DNA of 61,324 bases, filler included, from Dirinaria sp. TL-2023a (lineage: Eukaryota): NCBI GenBank assembly GCA_051941275.1. It is 3 parts of 3 records of this genome, joined end to end, with 100 filler letters (N's around TTAATTAATTAA, not from the genome) between each part and the next. Parts side by side here need not be neighbours in the genome. Positions count along the whole stretch, not along the records: positions 20,500 to 40,896 come from JAVEBF010000290.1; positions 40,997 to 61,324 come from JAVEBF010000291.1; 1 more part is not named here. One strand, written 5' to 3'. The notes under the pieces are model-generated. The model made no database searches and was not told the origin of the DNA. It saw only the letters and a program-made list of their open reading frames with translations. A program made the translations under genes and the position numbers. Numbering within the stretch: the stretch's first letter is position 1; every line of letters begins with the position of its first letter. Below are positions 37,663 through 49,621 of the stretch, one piece after another.

Positions 37663-39360
37663 TCATCTCCCTTCAATCCCAACCACCCCTCCTCCCGCCC
37701 CCGTAGAGGAAGTGGCAGTAGTGGCACGGCGCATCGTCTCGCCCTCCAACTCCCTCGCCCTGCCGCGCCCGCGCTCCAATCTCTCAACCCCCAACTCGAT
37801 ATTCTCGATATGCACCGCGAGCGGCACAGCCCCCAACAATTCCACCCCGCCAACCCTCTCCCTCAACTCCTCCAGCTCAGCACCCATCGCCTGCAGCTTC
37901 AGCATGGTGCCGCTGACGTGCGCGTACGCCGTCCGGCGGTACCCGTTCACCTGCCGCAGGAGCGCGATCTGGGCGTTGAATTTGCCCAGCTTGGAGCGGT
38001 TCCCGCCCAGCACGGTCCATAAGTCGGCGAGGAGTTCCTGCTTCGAGGTCTGCGCGCGCAGGTCGTCGCGCGTGGCGATGCCGTGCATCACGTCGAGCCG
38101 GTCTTCGAGGTTTGTGAGGGTGCCTAGTAGAGCTTGCGCTTCGAGGACCAGGCGGCTGATTTCTGACTCTACGATCCGCGTGTGCTGCATGTATTGCTCG
38201 AGGAGCGCGGTTTCGGTGACTTTTACCATGGGTTGGAAGGGCGCGAGGATTTTGTCCGAGATGAAGGTCGTGAGGGTGCCGGCGTTCGCTTTTTGCTCCG
38301 CGATCCCGTCCAGGACCCGTTTTGTCCAGCGCGCCGTCGCGAGCAAGTTGTCCACCCCGCGCCCCACGTGGCTGTTGAATTTCTGCAGGTCCGTGGACGC
38401 CATGCGCGCCGTGGCGATGAAGCCGTCGAATTCGTACACGAGCTCGTTTTTCGACTGAAGCGTGCTGTGCCGCACCACCGTGCGCAGGTCCCGGATCGAG
38501 GTTTCCCCCCTTTTCATGTCCAGCGGTAGGGAGACGCCGCTGGCGGAGGCGGCGAGCACGTCTTCGAATTTCGATTGCACGGTCATCAGCTCGTCGAATT
38601 GCACGGGTGGGCTTTCTTCGCTGGAGGAGGAGGTGGGTGTTGGGAAACGGGTTTGGCAGAGGGGGATGAGGAGGGAGGAGCCTGGGATTCGGCAGATGGG
38701 CGAGATGGCGGTGGAGATTGAATTGGTTAGGAAGTTCCGGAGGACGATGAGGATGCCGAAGAATAGGTAGATGGCGAGGAAGTAGGATATGGGCTTTTTG
38801 AGCGCGGTCAGGGCCCCTCCTGCAACGTCGAAGAGCCATCGCCATATTGGCAGCAGGAAGCTAAGAGCGTTCTGCAATGCTTCTGCCAACAGATCTTGCG
38901 AGCCTGAGCCATTGGGTTGATGTTCCCTAGCTATTCCCTGTTGCGGCCTCCCCGCATAATCTTGCCTCCCCTTCTTTGTGCCTGTACGCTTGCGCGGCTT
39001 CTCCTCTCCTAGCCAGGATCCCCCGACGCTGTCCTGATGGATCGATGGCATGATGAGCTCAGGTTCGACACTGACCCTTGTGCTCGCCCTAGATGATCTT
39101 CTAGGAAGTTTTAGGACTCTCTCTAGACTGTCTTGCCTCTGCCTGGGCGATGTCCTGGGGGTTTGATCTTTGGGTTGCTCCTGGGCATTGGACCGGCTTC
39201 GTGACGATATTTCTGTTGCGGCTAGATTTTCATGCGATTCTGCGCTGGAAGAGGAGCTGGTAGGCTCGTACGCACTGTCTGGCTCCTCTTCAACAACCCA
39301 GGATTCACCAAGCCGGGCATTGGGGGGAGGTTCTGCAGGTACTGTCCGATGGCGAGGCAT
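37663..39360 (-). CDS. Uncharacterised fungal membrane protein with predicted TM segment and C-terminal coiled coil
   Basis: Single ORF from ATG 39360 (MPRHRT...). It has a disordered N-terminus, a hydrophobic stretch PISYFLAIYLFFGILIVL, a CRIPG...LC motif, LPLDMKRGETSIRDLRTVV, a helical C-terminus and strong GC3 bias. Confidence 0.8.
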   Translation of the reverse strand: MPRHRTVPAEPPPNARLGESWVVEEEPDSAYEPTSSSSSAESHENLAATEISSRSRSNAQEQPKDQTPRTSPRQRQDSLERVLKLPRRSSRASTRVSVEPELIMPSIHQDSVGGSWLGEEKPRKRTGTKKGRQDYAGRPQQGIAREHQPNGSGSQDLLAEALQNALSFLLPIWRWLFDVAGGALTALKKPISYFLAIYLFFGILIVLRNFLTNSISTAISPICRIPGSSLLIPLCQTRFPTPTSSSSEESPPVQFDELMTVQSKFEDVLAASASGVSLPLDMKRGETSIRDLRTVVRHSTLQSKNELVYEFDGFIATARMASTDLQKFNSHVGRGVDNLLATARWTKRVLDGIAEQKANAGTLTTFISDKILAPFQPMVKVTETALLEQYMQHTRIVESEISRLVLEAQALLGTLTNLEDRLDVMHGIATRDDLRAQTSKQELLADLWTVLGGNRSKLGKFNAQIALLRQVNGYRRTAYAHVSGTMLKLQAMGAELEELRERVGGVELLGAVPLAVHIENIELGVERLERGRGRARELEGETMRRATTATSSTGAGGGVVGIEGR

Positions 39361-39786
39361 GCTTCTTTCCTCTGAGTGTAACGGAATGAGAGTTGGTATC
39401 GAAGCCTTGTATGATAGATATAGCAAATGGTCTAAGATGACTCAGTCAAATTGAGACAAAGGTGCCATAACTGACTTTGTTGCAAGTTGCTGCTCAGTGA
39501 AGCCAAACACGGGCGCCTGGCTCGACTTATGTGTTTAAGGAGGCTCGCATGGTGATGGCAACTGCAACACTGAGAAGTGATAGAGTAAAGGCAGGCTCAT
39601 GATGACGATTTACTGAGGCTGAATAACCTGAATAGTGTGCTCAGCGAATGAAGAGGGAGGTTGGGTCTCGCTGCTTCAACGCGTGACGTTGCGGGTTGAC
39701 GTTGATTGGCTGAGCCTAAGAAAGCGCCTCGCGTTTCCATTTGAAGCTCCGTCTGCAGCTTTTGGTAAACAGATCTATCAATTCTC

Positions 39787-40896
39787 ATGCGGCTACAGAG
39801 GCTATGTTGGCCTCAGAAGCAACTCTCGAGATCTAGAAAGTTATCGCCGCCTTCCCTTGGATTTCGTACAAACATCTGCACCGTGTCCCTGGCCAGAACC
39901 GCGCAATGGAGAAGACAGGCAGCAACCCGGATTCAGCATGTGGAGAGAGGGTTTGCCGAGAATGCTTTCACATCCCAGAAGGCCCAGAACGGATCTCTCA
40001 AGACGACTACGGAAGTGAAAGGGCCAAAGATCCAAGATACTCCAACAGATCACCGGGATCTTGGAACTCAGCTCTCTCTTTTCACAGGTCATCCGTCTAG
40101 TCCGGGCTCTCCGATCTTTCATCCAGATGGGGCGCACATCTTCCTCAAGCTACAGTCTTTTCTTCGGGCTCAGTACCCATTTTTCGGCATTAGGGAGGTG
40201 ATAACTCCCAATCTGTATAAGAAAGAGCTGTGGCAGCAATCTGGTCACTGGGAAAACTACCAAGATGCTATGTTCGCAGTGAAGGGGGGTTCTGGTACTG
40301 TAGGTGGTGAAGACTCCAATTACAGCTTAAAGCCTATGAATTGTCCGGGTCACTGTTTGCTATACAAGAGTCAGAAGCATAGCTTCAGGGAGCTCCCCAT
40401 CCGCTACGCAGACTTTAGTCCCCTGCACCGGGATGAAATTTCCGGCTCTCTCAGTGGCTTGACAAGAGTCAGGCGCTTTCATCAGGATGATGGCCACATC
40501 TTCTGCATGCCTGAACAGGTCAAGGCAGAGATTAGGTCGACTTTGAAGTTCGTGGACTTAACATATGATACATTGAATGTAGGCCCTTACAAGCTTGTCT
40601 TGAGTACACGACCCGACAAAGACTTCATTGGAACCCCAGAGAAGTGGGACATGGCTGAGCGGCAGCTGAAGGAGGCCTTGGACGAAAGTGGGCGGCCATG
40701 GGGCCTCAACCCTGGTGATGGGGCGTTCTACGGGCCAAAAATCGACATCATACTTCAGGATAGTAATGGAAAGGAGCATCAAACCGCAACGATACAGCTG
40801 GACTTCCAGCTCCCGCAGAGGCTGGAGTTACAGTATGATATAACGACAGAAGAAAAAGGCACACCTGTCCTTATTCACAGGGCAGTTCTTGGCTCT
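39787..40896 (+). CDS. MST1: Mitochondrial threonyl-tRNA synthetase, 3' end truncated by the gap
   Basis: Arg-rich presequence-like N-terminus with no editing domain. Motifs DHRDLG, SGHWENY, LKPMNCPGHC, LHRDEISGSLSGLTRVRRFHQDDGH, GDGAFYGPKID, TIQLDFQLP and IHRA. Confidence 0.93.
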
Positions 40897-40996
40897 NNNN
40901 NNNNNNNNNNNNNNNNNNNNNNNNNNNNNNNNNNNNNNNNTTAATTAATTAANNNNNNNNNNNNNNNNNNNNNNNNNNNNNNNNNNNNNNNNNNNN
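40897..40996. other. Assembly gap with artificial six-frame stop spacer
   Basis: 100-nt block of N with TTAATTAATTAA at 40941-40952. Confidence 0.97.
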
Positions 40997-41370
40997 GGTA
41001 CATACAGTACATGACGTTGAATATATGGCGTCTAAAGGTAGGTAAGGTAGGTAAGCGTATGTCAGTAAGGTAAGGTACTCTTGGAATATAAAGCTAAGGT
41101 ACTTAATGCAATTTTGCCTTCGAAATCGATTAGATTAGATGTTTTTGTACGATCGTACATGTAGGTAAGGTACCTACTTTACCAAAATAAAGGCAAGGAG
41201 CTAAAGTAAGGTAAGACAAGATACCTCTAGAGGTAAAGTAGGTACCTAAGGTAAGTAACGAGAGTTTCTGTTTCAGATTGCTAAATCTCAGTCTACATGT
41301 ACCCATGATCTAAATCATAACCCTCCCTAACCCCCATCCCATCTCCCATCCCATAGGTAGGTAAGCACAT
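40997..41370. repeat. GGTA/TACC-rich low-complexity tract
   Basis: AAGGTAGGTAAGGTAGGTAAG, GTAAGGTAAGGTAC and AGGTACCT words are clustered here. Confidence 0.75.
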
Positions 41371-41403
41371 CATCACGCACCCATACCTTATCTATCCATT
41401 CTC

Positions 41404-41407
<4 letters not shown>

Positions 41408-41448
<41 letters not shown>
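41408..41448. repeat. (CT)n microsatellite
   Basis: About 20 tandem CT units. Confidence 0.95.
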
Positions 41449-41450
<2 letters not shown>

Positions 41451-41558
41451 GACCTCCCCCATCTATCCTTTCAATCAAAAGATCCACATCAGGCTGATAG
41501 TAACACCACTTCTACCCTACCCCTTTCACACCATAACCACACACACACTAAAAAACCT

Positions 41559-43319
41559 TCAAACCTCAAACCTCCTCAGCCCACCTTCAAACCCCCATTC
41601 CCACGACGCGTTCCTGCGCGGCATGATCCTGACCTTCAGATCCCCCTCGGGAGGCGGTAATGTGCTTGCCAGCCTGCCGCCCGCTTGCTTTACCTCTTTC
41701 CACTTTTTCTTCTCTGGTTTGGAATCATCGGGATCCGGGTCGGGATCGGTATTGGCAGGCACGATATCGAAGCGGAGAATGATGAGCGTGACCATCGCCA
41801 GGATGGTGCAGGTGGCGAAGTGGCGCCCTGGGCAGAGTGTCGTGCCGCCGCCGAAAGCGCGAAAGGAAACTTTGCGGAAGCTCGGGGAGAGTGGTTGTGG
41901 GCAGGGATTGGACTGGGAGGTGGTGGTGGATAGAGGGGTTGAGGTCGATGAGGTAGGGCGATGGTTCTTGGTGTTGGTGCTACTGTTCCCGTTGCTGAAT
42001 TGATCGGTGGTTGTGTGCTTCTTCGACACTGGAGCCGGTGGTGGTGGCGCTGTTTTAAGGAAGCGGCGGGGATCAAAGTCTTCGGCGTCCGGGCCCCAAA
42101 GATCGGCGTTGGTGTGGATGACCGCGCTAGGCATCTGAATGATCGAGTGCGCTTTCAGGAGGTAGAGGTCGTCGAGAAGGGTATCGCGTAAGACGTAACG
42201 GGAGGAAGAGTTGTGCGTGCGGTAGCGAAGGACCTCTTTGTATGTCGATAGCAGGAGCGAACGGCGGTCTTGCAGCTCGAAGACTGGAACGGTGAAGGTC
42301 TGTTTTCCGTGTGGGTCTTGGGTAAGGATGATCGCGTCGTCGAGCTCGGCACGGATACTCTGAAGAAGCTCCGGCGAGGAGAAGATGTGGTACAGTAACC
42401 AGAATGTAGTAGGTACGCTGTTGATCAGCACACCAATACAGTCGCCGAGCTGGAACGAAGCCATTGCATGCATCGAGAGTCCGAACTTTTTCCCGGCTTC
42501 GTACCTTGACTTCACGAGCTCGGAGCCTCTCTTCTGTCCATCACGCTCAAAGTATGCCTGCATTGCCTTGGCAATCCGGGCTCGACCGGCGTACCCTTTG
42601 AGAGCCGTGAATCGGGGAGCTATGCCGAGCAACAGTTGTGTAAATTGGCTTTCGAAATCCCAGAAGGCATTCTCCAGTGTAGGATCCTTTGCGAATGGAT
42701 TTTCGGGCCCGAAGACGGCATCAGTACTTGCCACCGTGATGGTGCGCCTGAGCCAGGCGAAGAGCTCCAATTCCCTCCCATCTTCTGGCCTGGCTAATAG
42801 GTCGACGCTTTCCAACATGGTCGCCAGCATCGCCTTCACCATGTGTTCCGACTCTTCTCCAGGACCGAGAATCGATATGCCCGCATGATGCAACTCAGCC
42901 ATATAGCCCCAATGCCCTTTCTCCCCGCCATGATCTGCTTTGGCAATCCGCACATCGCTTTGACTGACGTTGAACAGCCGAGGCATCATGGCGATGACGA
43001 ATGGGTTGAAGGAGATGTTCTTGGCATTACGCTGCACGGCCAGGACTAATCGAGGGGAGTTGACTACGTAGATTCGCGTGCTGAAGGTTTTGAGGGTGTA
43101 GATAGCGTGAACCGATCGGGCAGAGAGGTGCTCAATGTAGGTATGACCATTCCGAAGGAGACCGATCAGGTGACCCAGTAAAGGTATCTTCGGGGGGACC
43201 AGTGGTGGCTCTTGTGAATCGGCTTCGAAATCCAGCGTCCGTTTCAGGACGGCGGTGAGGAGGTATGCTTGCAATAGGATTAGCACCGAGAGCAACATGG
43301 CTGGCAAGGTGAAGAACAT
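41559..43319 (-). CDS. Intronless cytochrome P450, CYP7/prostacyclin-synthase-like group
   Basis: N-terminal TM followed by a PPLVPP hinge, I-helix INSVPTTFW, K-helix EVLR, FDPRRF, and heme motif FGGGTTLCPGRHFA. Confidence 0.93.
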   Translation of the reverse strand: MFFTLPAMLLSVLILLQAYLLTAVLKRTLDFEADSQEPPLVPPKIPLLGHLIGLLRNGHTYIEHLSARSVHAIYTLKTFSTRIYVVNSPRLVLAVQRNAKNISFNPFVIAMMPRLFNVSQSDVRIAKADHGGEKGHWGYMAELHHAGISILGPGEESEHMVKAMLATMLESVDLLARPEDGRELELFAWLRRTITVASTDAVFGPENPFAKDPTLENAFWDFESQFTQLLLGIAPRFTALKGYAGRARIAKAMQAYFERDGQKRGSELVKSRYEAGKKFGLSMHAMASFQLGDCIGVLINSVPTTFWLLYHIFSSPELLQSIRAELDDAIILTQDPHGKQTFTVPVFELQDRRSLLLSTYKEVLRYRTHNSSSRYVLRDTLLDDLYLLKAHSIIQMPSAVIHTNADLWGPDAEDFDPRRFLKTAPPPPAPVSKKHTTTDQFSNGNSSTNTKNHRPTSSTSTPLSTTTSQSNPCPQPLSPSFRKVSFRAFGGGTTLCPGRHFATCTILAMVTLIILRFDIVPANTDPDPDPDDSKPEKKKWKEVKQAGGRLASTLPPPEGDLKVRIMPRRNASWEWGFEGGLRRFEV

Positions 43320-43848
43320 GTTTGCTGGCGGGCATCATAAAGTACATAGGGTAGATATGGTGTGAAGAGAAGCTGCTGACGAATAAGGGGGGCTAGCTTT
43401 GTGTCAACGCCACATGGTGTTGCTTTATGCATGAGTCCAAGTGTGGATTGATTTGAGTTGCAAAAAGCTTCGCAGGCCGATTTTCAGATACAATGGGTAA
43501 AATGGCCTTCAATCAAACCGTAGGATTTTGTGATCAGGAAGAGGAAGACCGAGGAGTGGAAAATGACGAAATATCGAAGCATCTTGTCTTGTTTTGGAAG
43601 CAAGGTGCCCACTTGGACAGAGGAAACGAATCTGGGAAGAGAACGTGCAGTAGGCTAATTGGAAAGGAGCACAAGGTATGTAGGTATTGTTCTACCCACT
43701 CCTCCCTTTTACCTCCACACATGACACTAAAGAAAGGAAATGGATGTGAATTGTGCTCTAGTAGACGCAATAGAAGCTTTTCGAGGATTGCTAAGGATGA
43801 GAGGTAAAATACACTTCTCAACCAGTAGCGCCCCTCCCCCCTTCCCTC

Positions 43849-43885
43849 TTTCCTTCCTTCCTTCCTTCCTTCCTTCCTTCCTACC
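43849..43885. repeat. (TTCC)n microsatellite
   Basis: About 8 tandem TTCC units. Confidence 0.9.
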
Positions 43886-43985
43886 TGCCCTTCCCCGCTC
43901 CAAATTGACCGACCGGATGGGGTTAGTCTCAATGTGGGTTCAAACACGAGTTTGGGGGGAGGAGGCAGCCACCGACCACCAATGT

Positions 43986-46900
43986 TCAGTCACCTGTCGC
44001 GCTTCGACGCCTACGCAATACATCCTCTGCAGCCATAAGGTCTTGTCGATTCTCCCCTCCGCTCTCCTCGCCACTCTCGTCGCTGCTGGCTTCATCATCT
44101 TCGACGTCCTTGTCGTAGTCTGAGGCACCAAGCTCTTTGAGAGCGGGTCGACGCTTCCTCTCAAAGTCCTGCACATGTGCTTGATTCATGATCGTGCCGA
44201 CACGAGCAATTCCCCGCTGCACAGGAGTAAGCGCCTCCGCAGTTTGGCGTCGGCGGAGTAGACCGGACGGAGGTTGAGTCAGAGCATTCTCGACATCGAC
44301 ACCGGTAGCTGCGGTCGGGGCACCTTGATAGGAATGGCGAGGTCCATGCGATGGTCGAGACTCTGATGGTGGGCCATCCTCTGGGACGTCAGAGAGCGCT
44401 GACGTCGCTGGCGAAGGCAACGCGTATGGCAGGGGAACATCCCGCGAGGCACGGAAGCGACCAACATTGGTGCAATGCTCGTTCTCTACGCGGAACAGCG
44501 TCCATATGCCTCGGCGGCATATTTCAGAGAAGCCCACGAAGAAGCTGAGAAGAGCCGAATGCTGCAATTCGCTCGAGAAGATCACATAGAAGATCCAGTT
44601 GAATCGGAGAATCACATCCTGAATCATGGATAGGTAGTAAACCCAAGGTCGCTTATATCCAAGAACATCTCGCAAGAAGGGCTGTTCAGCATAAGGATTA
44701 CCCAAGCTCCAGTCCATCGCCAGGTCCCAGATCGAGCAGTATATCGAGTTGATAGTTGCAAACACAATGAACAGAGCCTTCAGATTCGTCGTCTCATGTA
44801 TTCGATAAAGACTGAGAGCCATATAAGAAAGTATCGTAAACGAATATTTACCACAGTTGACTAAATGAGGAAACGCATTTCGGGTATCATAGTAACGCCG
44901 TAAACATTGCAGAGCCCGCCATATGCCTGGTAAGGTCGAGAAAAAACCGAGGAGTCGAGAATGTGTAGAATTGCATTGAGTAGGCTGGTTCCAATTCCGC
45001 GCATAAAGGCAGAAGAACAGCTCAATGTTGCCCATAGCGTATGTCAGCGAGCAATACATGTCGCCGAGAAAGAAGTCCCGGAACTCCACCGGATAGATAC
45101 CGGCAAGCAGCAGTCGGAAATTCGAATAGGCCCACCAATATCGGCTACGGTGATACAGCACGGGTCCAGGGAAGAACAAGATCATTATGGTCAGCCCAAT
45201 CAAGACTACTGGCCAGTATAGGAACATTTGATCCGCGCCAGACTGTTGGAAATTGAGCCAGAGGAACAGTCCAAGAAGGAAGACTAGCAAGCAAGGAAGC
45301 TCCGATAGCTGATGCCAGTCAAGGTTATGCCGAGTGTCGAATTCGAAGATGAAGATATAATTGATCTTGGCTCGTGTCCATATCCTACAATCGATGCAGA
45401 AGAGTAGGAAAAGAAAAACCCCTAGAAAGTAACCCCCGTAGATTTGTAGTAGATAGCTCGCATCTGTTCGCACGACCGGATCCGAACTGGCCAAATGTTC
45501 TGCTCCGTACACCACACCTTCAATGCCAAAAACAAGGCCTCCAGCGATCAGCAAGCCGTTACGGAAGATGCTACCACTGTATGCGCCGGCCCTCGTGGTT
45601 TTGCTCCTCAACTTGCCCACGGCTACTTTGTGGTTGCCTCGCTCGAAATACCTGGCGTATAAGTCCTCGACAGCAACGAGCTGACTTTCCAGTACTTCGC
45701 TCTGCACGAACCAAGCTTTGTTCACCTTTTCAGACATGTATCGGCCAGTAGGTCTAGCTTTCAACGCTTTGTCGTATTTTTTGTTGATCTTACGGAATGC
45801 TGTTCGGTTGAGTAGCGCGTACGCCTTTAGCAATTCTAACCCTCGGTAAAATTCCTGCAAAGCGAGCTTCAGCTTTCGTTTCGCTGAGCGGTAGGAGACG
45901 TCGTCATGATTGACTGGGCGCTTTGCAAAGTCCCTGCGGGCATGTGGGTCAGGCTGAAGGTGCCGTGTGAGATGTTCGGGAGCAGGCCCTGGAGAGGGGT
46001 AATTCTGGAGGGCTTTGCTGTTCTTGCCGAATTTTGAGCCTAAGCCAATGGCATGCTCCAGAGGCTGTAGGAATTTTAAAGCGGATGCTGTGGCGCCATT
46101 CGGTTTCGTAGGTTGACTGTCATCCTCCGAGTATTTTGAGCCGTGGCGCTCTCGCTCCAATTTAGCCCGTTCCTTCGCTCTTTGTGCCTCTTCAAGCTCC
46201 TCTACTCGGCGATCCCGCATCTCGTGTAGCTGTTGCTTTAGTATTTCCAGTCGGCGTGTAGCCTCATTTTCTTTCGACTTATAGAATGACTCAATTTTGT
46301 CCAGCTCTTTATCAAGGAAGGTCACAAACTCGGCCTGTCGGAGATCGAGTTCTTTATACCCTTCCAAAGGGACGTCGCCAACCACTGGTGATCCAATTGG
46401 CGCATTTGAAAACAGACGACGCAACAATGGCGGCTGCGCAGGGCTCACCGCACCACCAGGAGATGAAGCCGTTCTTCGAGGCTTGAGAACGTTGCGGTGT
46501 CGAGACAGAAGCGACGGCTGCAGTTTTGAAGGACTATGAGTTTTACCCACTTCGAAAGCGCCACTACTGGCATCTCCGACTGGACGAGGAGGGGCGGCGT
46601 GAGGGTTGAGCCGACTGTGGCGCCAGGCACGATTATGCCGTGGGTAAGCATCTTCACTGGGAGACATTGCAGGATCTGGTAACTCCAGCGAAGGAGGATG
46701 CACCAGTCTACTCTCGGGTGGAGAAGCGACAATGCTGCCATAGCTGGTTACAGCCCCGCTATCCCACAGTGACTCCGCTTCATGACTGGCACCTTTGGGC
46801 GAGCCTTTCCGCTGTATAGGTACCGGTGATGTCCTCTTGCCGAGCTTCCAGTCGGTACTTTCAGCACCGTTGGAGGGCTTCGTTTGCGGATGCACCGCAT

Positions 46901-47307
46901 TCCCGCTTTCCGTGTAGGAGTTCTCTTGTGCTGATGATGGTGAAGGGGTCCCTGAGGATTGGTCATGTAGAGAGGTTTGGTCCACAAGCGATTGGAGGGA
47001 TGCTCGTCGGGGTTTTGAGGATTGAGCTGAGTCGGTGGAGAACAGATTCGCGGGTTTCTGGCGACCAGGTGTCTTGGGCGTCTGATTCAGTTTCCCCAAT
47101 GCCCGAGCGACACCTTTGACCTTCTTCTTGCCAGTCTGATCATGGCGATTTCAGCGCTTTGCTCACTGTCAAGCATGTCCTCGTACCTTGTAGTCCAAGT
47201 ATTTGGCTCTCCATTCGGGCACCAAATCCTGCTCCAGCTCCCTACCTTGATGAGAACGACTTTTTTGACCCGGGGTGCTTGAAGTCAACTCACTTGGCAA
47301 ATTTCAT
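43986..47307 (-). CDS. SYG1: SPX-EXS domain protein (Syg1/XPR1/PHO1 phosphate-exporter family), 3 exons
   Basis: The spliced N-terminus MKFAK|ELEQDLVPEWRAKYLDYK|TGKKKVK begins the SPX domain, continued by ELDKIESFY and LNRTAFRKINKKYDK. The EXS domain has VEFRDFFLGD, QCLRRYYD, WDLAMDW and RRGIWTLFRVENEH. Confidence 0.95.
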
Positions 47308-47947
47308 CTCTGCTTGCTCGAAGACGCTGCTGTGGCCCAGCAAGCATCATGAACGTGGCAGAATTTCTCAAATGAAGAGAAAGGAATTGACCAATTAAAG
47401 GTGGTGCAAGAGTATCGAGGCGCATACCAATGAGGATGGGCAACTAAGGTATCTTAGGTGTCGGATCCTGCTACGCGCCTTGAGTGCTTTGTCCATTGTT
47501 CGGCAAAGATTGATGGTTTCGGTTCTGTCCAAGCCTACCTTACTTACATTTTGACTAGGCCCAGACCAGACCAGAGCAGAGCCAAGGCCCACGTGCGTCG
47601 CGCTACAACCTGAGAGGAGCATTTATTGAAATCGTACAGAGAATTCTTAAACCCACTTGAAATGTCAAGAGAAAAAGCCTTCGAGCGGTAGACCTCGCAT
47701 TTCTGGCGTCATAGCACAATCGAGGCTGGCTTCCTCCAAACTCTCCAGGTTTCTTAATTAGTCGACCCAATCTCACTCGATCTAGGCACTGGCATTTGCG
47801 AGTACGAAACCTGAGTCATTCGTGCTTGCTTTTGATCAAGGACCCAAGCTTCTCATCTATTGAATGTGTCTAATTTACATGCAGCCAAAGATATGACATG
47901 CGGCCAATGCCCACCGATTCTGAAGAGTCGCGAGTGGACGGGGCAGT

Positions 47948-48578
47948 TTAATAGTTGCTACCATATCCTCCGCCTTGACCTCCTCCATAGCCTCCTTGGC
48001 CTTGATAGTCGAGCTGTTGCGGGGCATCATACTGGTTTGGGTTGTAGTCGTCTTGGCCCCCGTAGTGTTGATCATACATCCCACGGGCGTTCTCTTTAGC
48101 TTGGTGGTGGGCACGCTCGCGATCGTACGCATCCATACCTGTCGACTACAGTCAATCATCGTCCGCGGGATGACATATGGCGAAAAAGGGTACCCTTGGT
48201 CTCGGCGAGTTTGTCAACTTCACCGCCAACGAACCCAGCCAGGAGTTCTTTGGCGAATGCGTGGGAGACAGGCTTGCCTGTAGACTTATGTTAGGCCTGT
48301 TAGATGCATGGTGGTAGGATCATGCAGCACTCACCCTCCTTACGTTGGTGGTCTTCGTAGAGCTTGAAGCCTTCAAAAGAGGCGGCGCCAGCAACGAGTT
48401 CGTGAGAGAATTTAGCCTCATGGTTCTCGTAGCCTCCGCCCTCTTGATAAACCTGACGGTGTGCGTCTTGAGACTCGCCTGTGACATGCTGTCAGTCAGC
48501 GCCTTTGGATGGTGTGATTACCCCGCAAGTAATTGCAATCGGGCTAGCGAAGGGGAACTGACCCCAGCCGAATACCAT
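47948..48578 (-). CDS. cipC: CipC-like small protein (DUF3759), 4 exons
   Basis: Spliced product MVFGW|GESQDAHRQVY...HEAKFSHELVAGAASFEGFKLYEDHQRKE|GKPVSHAFAKELLAGFVGGEVDKLAETK|GMDAYDRERAHHQAKENARGMYDQHY. Not recovered as one ORF in the track. Confidence 0.9.
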
Positions 48579-49621
48579 GATGGGCAATTGATGTGTGCAA
48601 AGGTGACTCAATGTAATAGCAGTGTTTAGGTATGTAAAGTATGTATGAGTTGGGAAATTGGGAGAGGATTGTTGTAGGAGAAACCTCAAAGCTTGGGGGA
48701 GGAGGGGTATTTGTAGCTTTCCCAATGGCTTCTTGGACAGGGACACAGGGACAAAGCAAGCATGAATGCTAATTGCTCTGTAAAAGGGTATGGGTAATTC
48801 ACCCCTCCATCGATCTTCACGCTGCCCCACATTGAAACGGGCGTCAACAGGGACCGCGTATCGCTGGCCACTCAGCACCACCGCCTCACATAAGGGTCCA
48901 GCGGATTCCGTCTGGTGCTTCTATTCTGGCACAGCACATATGTCATTGCTTGTTTTTTGAAAGTATCAGGATTTCCCGGTTTCACGCAGCCATCAATGCC
49001 TGGAATGGCTTGTTGCAGAATGTTGGCCATCGCCGTCATTGAATGATTGTGATTTGATGCTTGAAGCTCGCAATGATCACGCGTGATATCATATGAAAGT
49101 GTGTTGGTGAAGTCACAGAACCTCATACACCAGAAGAATTGATCCCTTATTGATATTCATTTGGTCGAACATGGCTGGGCTTGAATAAAATTATGGTGGA
49201 AGTTGGTCGTTGGTCCGATCAAGCTTTGGATGCAGTGCGGCATCTCTTGGCTTCGAATGCTTGTCTCCCTCTCATCACTACCTTACCTTAGATACCACCG
49301 AGGCGTACAAGTACCTACCTACTATCTCAAGGTCACACATTGTTGCAATAACGCAGAGTAACGCTGAGGAACTTCGGCTCATTTCTCCCTTACCTTATCA
49401 TTACACGTGATCTGTGCCCGATGATGACGGATTGACATTGGATCTCTGAACTGATCTGTATCGGCGTATCGCGACAATTGTTACTGTGCCTTTATTTGAG
49501 TCGATTGGCTGTCTGCATTCGAGCCGGTTGGTTTTGGCATTGGTGGAGTCTTGTTGCAGCTTCACTTCGATCACATACATGATGAGTCAAATAATGACCA
49601 AGATATGAATGTAACTACACA

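Noticed and set aside
37325..38845. 377-aa (+) and 322-aa (-) overlapping ORFs
   Set aside because: Antisense and alternative-frame ORFs produced by high GC in the real gene. The (+) ORF begins in poly-A/TAA simple sequence.
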